From Octopus sinensis (Eukaryota): a stretch of DNA of 26,106 nt. The notes below the pieces were generated by a model. It saw only the letters and a program-made list of their open reading frames with translations. It made no database searches and had not been told where the DNA came from. The stretch is taken from positions 1 through 26,106 of the forward strand of contig NW_021835632.1 of the NCBI RefSeq assembly GCF_006345805.1, read 5' to 3'. This document shows, piece after piece, positions 10,423 to 20,035 of the stretch; positions within the stretch are counted from its first letter, which is position 1, and each line of letters starts with the position of its first letter. Position numbers and translations under genes: made by a program.

Positions 10423-11672
10423 CAGGTTAGTGCAAAGTCAATGACCAACTTTTTAGAAAACAGTTTTAGATAGTATTTTTTTAAATTGTACCTTTCGCAA
10501 TGTTTTAAGAATGTCACAATGAGTAATTTATACATTTTCTTTCAGATTCTGATTGCATTGGCCATAATATTCAGCTACATTCGCACCCATGTTCATCCCA
10601 TCTAAAGATCACCTTAGACATGTCTTACTCTATGAGTTTCATAAAGGTGTCAATGCAAGCACACCATCTAAGTCTCTTCAGAGAGTTTATGGGGGATGAT
10701 GAATTGAATGAAAGAAGTTGCAGATGGTTTTCTCACTTCAGACGTGGGGATATGAGTTTGAAAGACGAGCCAAAAGAAGGTTGTTCAAAACAACTTGACT
10801 CTGAAGAATTGGCAGCTGTTGTCACTGAAAATCCAACCACTCTTTGCAGAGGACTTGCAGAACAGTTTAATGTAACCCATACAGCTGTTCTATGCCAACT
10901 GAAAAGGATCGGAAAGGTTTCAATGGTTGGAAAATGGGTCCCGCACGAACTGTCCCCAGGGAATCTACAGCAGCATGTTGTTTGTTGTCAGTCATTGCTT
11001 TCACGACACCTTAAGGGACCATTTTTAGGAAGGTTTGTTACAGGTGATTAGAAGTGAATTGTTTAACATAACATTAAATATTACTGATTGTGGATCAGTT
11101 GAGGAAGAAGACCTGTTCAACAACCAAAAGGAGGACTTCATCCAAGAAAGATCATGTTGAGTGTATGGTGGGATATTGAAGGAATTGTCCATTATGAACT
11201 GTTAGACAACAATCAAACAATTACTGCTAATCTCAACTGTGATCGACTTCATTGTCTGAAAGCAGCTTTGAACAGAAAGTGACTCTGCTTAGTCAACAGA
11301 AATGGTATCATCCTCCACCATAATAATGCTTGTCTTCAAACAGCTCAAACGACCAATGATCTCTTGGAAGGGCTTGGCTGGAAAATATTGCTTCATCCTC
11401 CATATTCTCCAGACCTTGCTCCTTCTGATTATCACTTGTTTTGGGGACTACAGAACCATTTGAATGGTCTTAGGTTGACATCAAGAAAAGAGGTTGAAAA
11501 GGCAATGGATTCATACTTCACATCAAAACTTAAACAGTTTTACAAGCATAGCATTTATAAGTTTCTAGAAAGCAATGGAAATTATATTAATAAATAAATA
11601 TTGTCTTAATCATGGACTTTTAAAATTTTAATAGAAACCTTAAAATCAGCCGTTACCTTTGCACCAACCTGA
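10423..11672 (+). mobile_element. Full-length mariner transposon (Hsmar1-like TIR, probably cecropia subfamily)
   Basis: Left TIR CAGGTTAGTGCAAAGTCAATGACCAACTTTT; right TIR (revcomp) TCAGGTTGGTGCAAAGGTAACGGCTGATTTT; TA at 11673-74; about 1.25 kb; encloses a transposase. Confidence 0.92.
10620..11597 (+). pseudogene. Mariner DD34D transposase pseudogene
   Basis: WVPHEL, VTGD*K*I, IMLSVWWD, ILHHNNA (second Asp changed to Asn), HPPYSPDLAPSDYHLF. One frame with six in-frame stops between 11049 and 11282. Confidence 0.93.
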
Positions 11673-11747
11673 TATATGTATGTATATCATATATGCGTCT
11701 TTGTTTGATCCCTAACTCTGCTTGACCACCAGAGTTGGTGTGTTTAC

Positions 11748-12106
11748 TGCGGGATGATGTCAGCAGCTGGGGAGCTGACCTGAACTTGGGAGCTGACTGG
11801 AAGGGGAAGGGGGTGGCAGTGATGTGTGTGCAGGTAGGGAACGATTGGGCCTTTTCAATTGGGGTAGCCGACAATGCTGGACATGTGAGCACTTTGACAA
11901 GTTGAGGGAAAGCAGCTGCTATTTATAGTGTTCGGGTCAGGCCACGTGGAAGGGTGCGTTACCACTGGAGAGGTCTGCATCGACGAAGAGAAGGTAGGTT
12001 TCTTACTTCAAATCTCCCACATATACCACAAGCTCCCACATATACCACAAGCTCCCACATATACCACAAGCTCCCGCATACACCACAAGCTCCCACATAT
12101 ACCACA
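11748..12106. mobile_element. Solo LTR (359 bp)
   Basis: TG...CA termini with imperfect IR (TGCGGGAT / ATACCACA) and a 5-bp TSD TTTAC (11743-47, 12107-11). It cleanly splits a SINE. TATA-like CTATAAATA lies on the minus strand near 11920-11928. Confidence 0.8.
12014..12106 (+). repeat. 19-bp minisatellite CTCCCACATATACCACAAG x ~5
   Basis: Units start at 12014, 12033, 12052, 12071 (2 substitutions) and 12090 (17 of 19 nt). Confidence 0.95.
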
Positions 12107-12297
12107 TTTACATCCCTGTAACTTAGCAGTTTGGCAAAGTAAACTGATAGGATAAGTACCAGATTTTAAAAATAAGTACTAAGGTCAATATGTCTTCCCC
12201 TTTTTAAGATAGCAGTCTGTATCAGCAGTTATTTTTGCTAAGCTAAGTGACCGTGTACATATTCCTTAGTCGTTTCATAAGTAATTTGTTTCTTCAG

Positions 12298-12325
12298 TTA
12301 GATGCGTCAGTGATTAGCCATATAA
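12298..12325 (+). other. Candidate microexon (28 nt, or 24 nt from the second AG at 12300-01)
   Basis: TTTGTTTCTTCAG|TTAG| acceptors and AA|GTGAGA donor within unique sequence, enclosed by an inverted repeat. Confidence 0.3.
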
Positions 12326-12578
12326 GTGAGAACTTTAGCTTAGATAAAAATACACATTTCTTATGTAAACACGGCTTTGACATTCATGCTTAACTTCACA
12401 TCATTTCACACATATTTGACTGCTTTAAAGAAAAAGGCTGCTAATCAAATAGCAACATCTTAATTTAATCAATTAATACATAAGCATTATACCTTTGAGT
12501 GGTTAAGAAGATTGTGATGCCATCATGAAGTTAATGGTTTGATCTCAGAGCATGATATCTAAGGCAAAAGTCATTTAA

Positions 12579-12798
12579 CCCTTTAGTGTTTAAACCGGCC
12601 ATATCCGGCCAAAATATTCTACCTATTTTATGTTCAAACTAGTCAGATATGGTCATTCATAGCTACCTTATTGTGTCATTTTAAAAATAAACAATCACAT
12701 CATTGAAATCTCAAAGCCATGAAATGATGCAAGATTAATTTTACATGGTGTGAATATATAAGCTTTACATTTGACAGAATAATCTGAATGCTAAAGGG
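12579..12798 (+). mobile_element. piggyBac-type MITE (220 bp)
   Basis: TTAA TSDs (12575-78, 12799-802), CCCTTTAG...CTAAAGGG TIRs; second copy at 21963-22181. Confidence 0.9.
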
Positions 12799-12976
12799 TT
12801 AATATTGGTTTTCATTCAGCTCAAGCGTTGTGAGTGAAATTGGGTAGAATGTAACATATGTGGAAGCCTGCTGGAAGGACCCAGCACAACTACAGAAGTG
12901 TCCCTTACCCACCAACTTTGTTTCCTCATAACTTTCTAGAGAATGGATACTTCTTGATGAAATTTTCTGCAAAGAC

Positions 12977-13138
12977 AGGTGCAGGTGTGGCTGAGTGGTA
13001 AGAAGCTTGCTTCCTAACCATATGGTTCCAGGTTCAGTCCCACTGTGTGGCACCTTGGCAAATGACTTGAGCAGCCAAACAAAGCCTTGTGAGTGGATTT
13101 GGTAGACAGAAACTGAAAGAAGACCATTGTATATATAC

Positions 13139-13170
<32 letters not shown>
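12977..13170 (+). mobile_element. SINE family B, 5' half
   Basis: A-box-like TGGCTGAGTGG (12988-98), B-box-like GGTTCAGTCCC (13031-41); ends in the internal (TA)n. Confidence 0.88.
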
Positions 13171-13173
<3 letters not shown>

Positions 13174-13189
13174 CAATAAATGGAGTTTA

Positions 13190-13978
13190 ATGCAGGTGTA
13201 ATTCAAATACTTTTATTTCCGACACGTTTCGAAGATATCACTGATATTATTCAAAAGGAATGAATGTAGTAAAACAATGTAATCTTCTCTTCAGTGAAGT
13301 GAAGAAACGAAACTCGTCAATAAGACATTTTAACAGAAAATGATGGATATGTATAGTGATTTACTGAATGCTATTAAGATTGTTTGAAAAAACGTTATAT
13401 GATATAACATCAGAAGAAGCCTATAGAAAAAGGAGGGATAAATTAAGGAAAAGTTAAATAAATGAGAAGTATATGACTATATGTATATTAGATAAAACCT
13501 TATAAACTAGGAAAATATATTTTTTTTTAGTGAATATTAAATATAAAAATAAAATTAATGTTTAAATTATATATAATGATAGAGATTACTTATATGAACT
13601 AAAGGTATGTTTTTGCCAATGTTTACATCGGTATGCACACTCTATAATTGTGTTTACTAGGGGATTTTTAGAAAAAATAATGAAAAATGGTTTAGAATTA
13701 CAGAGAAAACAGAATTCCTTGTCTTTGTCATAATGTATCGAGATTGAGAGAATCAACCATTCTAAATTAAATTGTTCATTGTGGTCTTTTAGATCTCAAA
13801 TTAATTTACTGAACTCTGTACTGTTACGTTTATTCCTATCCCTAAATGTTGAGTAATGGATAGAAATTCTTTTAGATAACTGTAATGACGTGCTTCCAAT
13901 GTAAAATCGTACTTTTTTATGAGTACTGATTTTACACTTTTATATAGAATTTTAAATTTTAGAGTTACTTGACATAAA
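13190..13978 (-). mobile_element. Penelope-like element 3' portion: GIY-YIG endonuclease pseudogene (about 13586-13978) plus 3' terminal region
   Basis: Minus frame NSI*KCKISTHKKVRFYIGSTSLQLSKRISIHYSTFRDRNKRNSTEFSKLI*DLKD...LEWLIL...FCFLCNS...LVNT...RCKHWQKHTFSSYK*, followed by a hammerhead motif and AATAAA. Confidence 0.88.
13216..13299 (-). ncRNA. Type I hammerhead-ribozyme motif (Penelope-associated, minimal stem III)
   Basis: Minus strand: CUGAAGA (13294-88), GAAGAU...AUCUUC stem II, GAAAC-GU-GUC (13230-21). Stem I UUCA/GGAA has a mismatch next to the core. Confidence 0.65.
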
Positions 13979-14480
13979 CTCCTTTGATATTGCTGCACCT
14001 CTTCTGTGTCCATAGCTTACACTGGGTACATCTTACAGAGTTTCTACCTATGCCTTTTCTACAAATTGAACAGGGCCGTCTACCTGAAGGGATTTGTGGT
14101 TTGTCTGCCTTCCTACTTATTAAGATTTTGGTTTTTAATAGTTTAACTCTAAGGCCCTTCAATTCTAGACCTTGATTCCACACCTGAAACTTCTCCTCTA
14201 GTTCTGATTGCGACTTAGCTATTAGAGCAAGGTCATCAGCATAGAGAAGCTCCAAGGGGCATCCTGTCTTGAATTCCTCTGTTATTGCCTAGAGGACTAT
14301 GATGAATAAGAGGGGATTGAGGACTGATCCTTGGTGGACCCCTACTCCTACCCGGAATTCTTCACTTTACTCGTTGCCAACCCCCACCTTACTGACAGCA
14401 TCCCTATAGATCGCTTGTACAGCTCCCACTAACCACTCACTTATCCCTAGTTTCCATGTTGACCACCAGATAAGGGATCT
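13979..14480 (-). pseudogene. RTE-clade LINE reverse-transcriptase internal fragment with Cys-rich insert
   Basis: RSLIWWS..LGISEWLV..VQAIY..VGVHQGSVLNPLLFIIVL*..CPLELLYADDLALIA..GLRVK..KTKIL..PCSICRKGIGRNSVRCTQCKLWTQKRCS; two stops. Confidence 0.9.
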
Positions 14481-14939
14481 TATCGTTTAAGTCGTTCTCA
14501 ATTATATGTTGGTTTTCAAAAATAATATATGGAAAAATAAAAATAAAGTTAAGTCATTTTACTAGAATTTATGTGTGTCCACAACAAATAATGGAATTGT
14601 AAATCAACTGTTAAAAGCACATAAAATCATGTTACTGTGCAATAAATAAGAATAAAAGCATATAAGATCATAATAAAATATGTACAGTAAATGTTAAGAT
14701 GCACACCATAAAGTAATGTAGCTTAGTGAACGAAATTATGAAATCAGCTGTGTTGTCTTATTTATCAGTCTTCCAGAGCTCATATTGCATTGTATTTCCA
14801 ATTTCTACTGTTAGGCGTTGTTGTCACTCGTGATTCCCGCATTTGCTTTGAATTCAGATTTGTTTACGTCTGTTTATAGGCTACTTTCTCATTCTCATTC
14901 CTCTGTGACTTTATTTTTTGCCCCCTCCCCCACCCCACC

Positions 14940-15125
14940 CGGCTCCTAAGAAAATTCATAGTGAAAGTGTTAAGCATAATGCTATAATGCTGGAAGATAA
15001 ACTGGCAATGAGAAAACGCCATGGAAAAGGTAAAAAAAAGTGGTAGCAATTGCATGATCTTTTAGGATGAGTTGGACAACTGTATCGACGATTGTGCATA
15101 ATAAGGACAAGACTTTAGCACACAT
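14940..15125 (+). pseudogene. pogo/Tigger transposase N-terminal HTH (psq/CENP-B type) fragment
   Basis: APKK..KHNAIMLEDKLAMRKRHGKGKK/VVAIA*SFRMSWTTVSTIVHNKDKTL, with a frameshift in the A8 run, matches the KRK.ITLE.KL...IAR..G...STV.TI.KNK pattern. Confidence 0.7.
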
Positions 15126-15276
15126 GGTTTTTATTCATCATGTAATATCGGGAATGTATTCATAAATAAAATATAGAATAAAATATATGGTTATCATCAG
15201 TTTAGCATGGAAACAAGATAATTTGACATAAGTCATGTCTCTTGGAACCAATTAATGATGTAGGGTGAGGTATGCC

Positions 15277-15312
<36 letters not shown>

Positions 15313-15315
<3 letters not shown>

Positions 15316-15688
15316 GGAGAATTCACAAAAAAATAAAAGACAAAGACATGTGGTGTAGACAACAAACAGATGTATTAGTATAACTCTTAGGAAGTGAAAA
15401 AGTCTTTAACGCTTCGAGCCTACACTCTTCCACAGAAAGAAACAAGCAGAGAAAATAAAGAATGTGTAGTGGCTAGCGATCTACCATGGCGAAGGTCGGA
15501 CAGAAGGGCCACACAGGTGAGCAAGGGAGAAGGGGAGATAATAAAGCGGTGGTGATCCCAAAACGAAGGTGCATGTGCATGTGTATAAGAGAGTTTGTAT
15601 GAGCATGTGGAAGAGGGCTGGTAGTCTTGACGTGTGTGTGTGTATATGTAGGTGTGAAAATGTGGATCTGGGAAGTGGTCAGTGCTGA

Positions 15689-15690
<2 letters not shown>
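15313..15690 (-). mobile_element. Probable Penelope-like terminal-repeat fragment
   Basis: Bounded by (TA)n tracts; carries the degenerate hammerhead-like GGAAGAG-TGTAGG-CTC-GAAGCGTT on the minus strand (15402-15436). Confidence 0.4.
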
Positions 15691-15721
<31 letters not shown>

Positions 15722-15728
<7 letters not shown>

Positions 15729-16045
15729 ATGATGATGATGGTTGCCCCCTCGTTATCGAGTATGACCATTGCACGAAGCTTAACTGTTATTGGCGCTGTG
15801 ATCGAATGTGACTTTTTAGCCCAGCTAAAGATCTACAATGTCTTGTACAGAATTGGCAGCTGAAACCTTTACTGGCAATAGCCGGCTGTAGTTGTAATTG
15901 GGCTTCATGTACCTTTGCATGTCGTTTAAGTCCTCCTGCCGAATTACACTCTTTTCCACATACCTTACAGATATGATTAGTATGGTGTGTTACACCACCA
16001 CCAGTGGCCAGGTTGTCACTCATCTGTCTCGTTTTATGACTATGA
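15722..16045 (-). mobile_element. RTE-like LINE 3' end with two C2H2 zinc fingers
   Basis: HICKVCGKECNSAGGLKRHAKVH..FSCQFCTRHCRSLAGLKSHIRSQ*, then a short UTR with a CTCG-ATAA-CGAG stem-loop and an (ATC)n tail. Confidence 0.8.
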
Positions 16046-16247
16046 AGTCTATTCCTGTATGTATGTATGTATGTATGCATGTATGTGCGTATATGAGTAT
16101 GTCTATAACAATAATATATGCATACATATGCATATGTATTATATATTTATATATGTATACACACATAGATACATACATACATGTATATACACACACATAC
16201 ATACATACATACATACATACATACATACATACATACATACATACATT

Positions 16248-16371
16248 ATGGCTTCCCCCTCGTTATCGAGTTTGGCCATTGCACGAAGCTTAACTGTTAT
16301 TGGCGCTGTGATCGAATGTGACTTTTTAGCCCAGCTAAAGATCTACAATGTCTTGTACAGAATTGGCAGCT
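16248..16371 (-). repeat. Local duplicate of 15738-15861 (LINE 3' end)
   Basis: Exact 510-bp offset, 4 substitutions in 124 nt. Confidence 0.92.
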
Positions 16372-16689
16372 AAATACATATATACACACACATGCACATA
16401 CATTCACACACAAACATACATATGCAAACAGAAGTTGGTAATGGTGAAGGTGGTAGTTGTGGCTGACAATAGATACAAGAAGACTGACAATCAAACAACA
16501 AACCCTACCATTGCTGTTTCTACAACTTATCTTTAACTCTGTCTGAGAGATCTGATAGCTTCTCCAGGAGTCTTTAATTTTTTTTTTTCTAACGTTTCCC
16601 ATCCTTGGCCTCCTACACACACATATCCAGTTCTGTGTGCTTATTTGATTGGAAACGAGGTGGAGGGGTAAATAGTTCCTGCTCTCCCC

Positions 16690-17190
16690 TCTCCACAATC
16701 ACCACTGCTATTACCATTACCACCACTACCACCACCACCACCACCACAATCACCACCACCACCACAATCACCACCGTCGCCGCCACTAATGCTTCTACCA
16801 CTACCACCACTACCACTATCACTGCCATCGCCACTACCACCACAATCAGTACCACCACCTCTCTACCACCACAATCACCACCACCACTGATACAACTACA
16901 GCCATTACCTCTATCACCAGCAACTGCACCACCACTACAATCTCAAGTGACCCCCACCCCCACCACCATCACCACCCCAACCATCCCTGCCACCACCACA
17001 GCCATCATCCCCTCCACCCACCTCCACCACAAACCCTCACTGGCTGCCACCATCAACACTATCACCATCACCATCTTTGCCACGAGGAAAACCACCACCA
17101 ACACCACCACCACCACCACCTCCATCACCACCATCACCACCACTACTACCCACCACCACCACCACCACCACCACCACCACCACCACCACA
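16690..17190. repeat. Degenerate (ACC)n trinucleotide field
   Basis: Directly visible; generates the poly-T/H/W/V ORFs. Confidence 0.92.
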
Positions 17191-17677
17191 AACCCTTATC
17201 GGCTCCATACATATCCTTGTAGATCCCATTTCTTCCTGCTGACTGCAGGCAGCAGATACCATTTGGGATAAATGAAGGAAAAGACGAAAAAAAAAAAAAA
17301 AAAAAATTTAAGGTTGCGGGGGGGGGCGGAGGGGACTCTGGATGTGATGTTCCTTGGCTAAACAACCATTTTTCTTTTCTCGATCCTTTTTCCTTTTTCC
17401 ATTTTTTTTTCCTACCTCAGTCACAGACAAACTGCAACTGACACAGCAGACCCAGACAGACATAATCTTTTGCACATTTCTACTATCACACTCTCTGACC
17501 TTTCTCCCACTCACACTCGCATTCTCCCTCCCCTCTCTCTCCCTCTCTCTCTCTCTCTTTCTCTCTGTTGGTCGATGCTTCTCTCTTATCTTCCCATTTG
17601 TCCTATCCTCTTCTGTCATAATGCTATTTGCATCTAGAATGTATTTAAGAAGTGAACACAAAACTTGACTGGTACTT

Positions 17678-17880
17678 CATCCGTCCATCCATCCATCCAT
17701 CCATCCATTCATCCATCTCTTCATTCATCTCTCCAGCCATTCATCCATCCATTTATCCACCCATCCACCCATCCACCCATCCACCCACACATCCATCCAT
17801 TTATCCACCCATCCACCCACCCATCCATCCATCCATCCAGACAGACAGACAGACAAATAGACAGACAGACAAACAAATAG
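17678..17880. repeat. (ATCC)n/(ACCC)n then (AGAC)n tetranucleotide repeats
   Basis: Directly visible. Confidence 0.92.
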
Positions 17881-17899
17881 ACCAAAAGACAAATAGAAA

Positions 17900-18290
17900 G
17901 TTATCTCTTTCTCCCTCATTCTCTCTACCTCTCTTTTTGTAATTATGTACTCTCTTTATCTTTGTCTCCTTCTCTGTCTCTCTCTTTGTCTCTCTCTTCA
18001 TTTCTTTTATTCTCTCTCTCTCTCTCTCTCTCTTTCTTTTATTCTCTTCCAGTCTCAATCTCCTTCCTTTTCTTGTTTTCATTCATCATTAGTATCTCTC
18101 AATTCTTTCTTTCTGGTATCACTCTTCTCCTCTGTCCGTCTGTTTGTCTGTCATCTACCTGTCTGTATGTCTGTCTGTCAGTCTGTCCATCTATCTCTTT
18201 CTCTCCTTTACTCTCGAAATACTCTTTCTCTACAATTCCTCCATATCTCAATATATCTTTCTCTTACAGTGTCTCTACCAACATAATCTC
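17900..18290. repeat. CT-rich polypyrimidine low complexity
   Basis: Directly visible. Confidence 0.85.
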
Positions 18291-18299
18291 TTATCTCTG

Positions 18300-18625
18300 C
18301 CCAAACACACACCTAATTGCACAGGCACACACAAGCACCCAATACACACACATACAAATACACATGCACACACACACACACACACATGCATACGCACACA
18401 CTTACATGCACAGGCACACACACAAGCACCCATAAACACACACACACTCACATGCACAGGTACACACAAACACACACATACACACACACAAACACACACG
18501 CACACACACACACACACACACACACGCATACGTGCACACCTACATGCACAGGTACACACAAACACACACATGCACGCACACACACGCAACGCGCACGCCT
18601 ACATGCACAGGTACACACAAGCACC

Positions 18626-18659
<34 letters not shown>

Positions 18660-18677
18660 CACAGGTACACACAAAAA

Positions 18678-18719
<42 letters not shown>

Positions 18720-18885
18720 TACGCGCGCACGCAAACACACACGCACGCACAAACAAACAAACACAAACACACGCACACTGCCTTTCTGTCTCTCTCTGTC
18801 TCTAATCCTCCATCTCCCTCCTATCATTCCTAGTCACCATTGAAACAGAAACACTCTTATGCATGCTCACACACACTCACACACA

Positions 18886-18916
<31 letters not shown>

Positions 18917-18920
18917 TTGC
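18300..18920. repeat. (CA)n field with recurring CATGCACAGG(T/C)ACACACAA unit
   Basis: Unit seen about six times (near 18318, 18405, 18451, 18543, 18602, 18656). Confidence 0.9.
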
Positions 18921-19484
18921 TTGTCTTCTTTTCTACTCTTACTTCTCCCCTAACTCTTTCACCACTTCTTCTGTATTTCTGTGTGTGAGTCTGTCTGTTT
19001 TTTTTTTGTTTTTGTTTTTTGTTCCATTTCCCCAATTCATGCAATCTGCTTCGTATGCTTGGTACAACAAACTACTGCAGTCTACAAACAGAGAGAGAGC
19101 CAGGTGTGCATGTCAATATGCGCATATATGCAAAATTAAACAACAGCCAAGTGCTAGCAAGAAAAAGGCAGATTGAGTGTCTGGGTTTGAGTTGAGTTTC
19201 CTTTCATTTTTTTTTTTATTTATTTCCTTCTTATTTTTTTTTTCTCTCGTTTATGTTAAAAAAATAAAGATAAAATAATTTTTTTTAAATTTATTTTCCT
19301 CCTACTCCAAAAAATGAAAATAAGGAAGTGGTAAAAGGAGTGGTGGGGTGGGGTCGAGAATAAAATGAGAAAGAAGACAAAGGAGAGGGGGTCAGGGTTG
19401 GAAGAGGAAAAGGAAGAGAGAAAAGACTAGTGGTGGAGGTGGGAAAGGAATGAGAGGAGAAAGCAGAGCTGAAGAAGAAATTGA

Positions 19485-19643
19485 AGGTGATGATGATGAT
19501 GATAATGATGTTTAGGATTATGATGATGATGATGATGATGACAACAATAATTATGACGATGACAAGGATGATGATTACAAGAATAATGATGATGATGGTG
19601 ATGGCAGCAACAAAGGCAACAATGATCATGATAAATGATGGCA

Positions 19644-19675
<32 letters not shown>

Positions 19676-20035
19676 GACGATGATGATGATGATGATGATG
19701 ATGAGGACGATGATGATGATGATGATAATGATGACGATGATGATGATGATGATGACGACGACACAACGATGATGATGATGATGACGACGGCGACGATGAT
19801 GCTGTTGACGACAAAGATGATGATGTTGATGATGTTGACGACGATGATGATGATGATTATGATAACGACAATGGTAACAATTATGACAATCATGATGGCA
19901 ATGACGATGATTGGAAAGTGTTGATAATGCCAATGACGACAAGAACAACGGTAATGTTGATGATGATGATGATAGTGATGGTGATGGTGATGGTGACCAT
20001 GATGATGATGGTGACGACAAAGACGATGATGTTGG
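19485..20035. repeat. Degenerate (GAT)n/(GAC)n trinucleotide field
   Basis: Directly visible. Confidence 0.93.

Larger units (their letters stand above)
10350..12192 (+). mobile_element. SINE family B body split into three pieces (10350-10422, 11673-11747, 12107-12192)
   Basis: GATGGAAACTGAAAGAAGCCC+TA/CA, then GTTGGTGTGTTTAC, then ATCCCTGTAACTTAGC..GATAAGTAC are consecutive in intact copies such as 3780-4095. Confidence 0.8.

Noticed and set aside
12014-12106. CRISPR-like direct repeats
   Set aside because: Head-to-tail 19-mers without spacers, eukaryotic context, no cas genes.
12977-13050. tRNA gene
   Set aside because: A/B boxes are present but there is no cloverleaf; it is the head of a multicopy SINE.
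15787-16080. Host C2H2 zinc-finger gene
   Set aside because: The ORF start lies in a microsatellite, there are no TGEKP linkers, and a LINE-type stem-loop and (ATC)n tail follow.
16605-17365. Mucin-like Thr/Pro-rich ORF
   Set aside because: Degenerate (ACC)n field open in several frames on both strands.
19039-19200. Short ORF MQSASYAWYNK... with E-box and octamer-like motifs in a unique island
   Set aside because: Short motifs are expected by chance; no homology or convincing splice donor.
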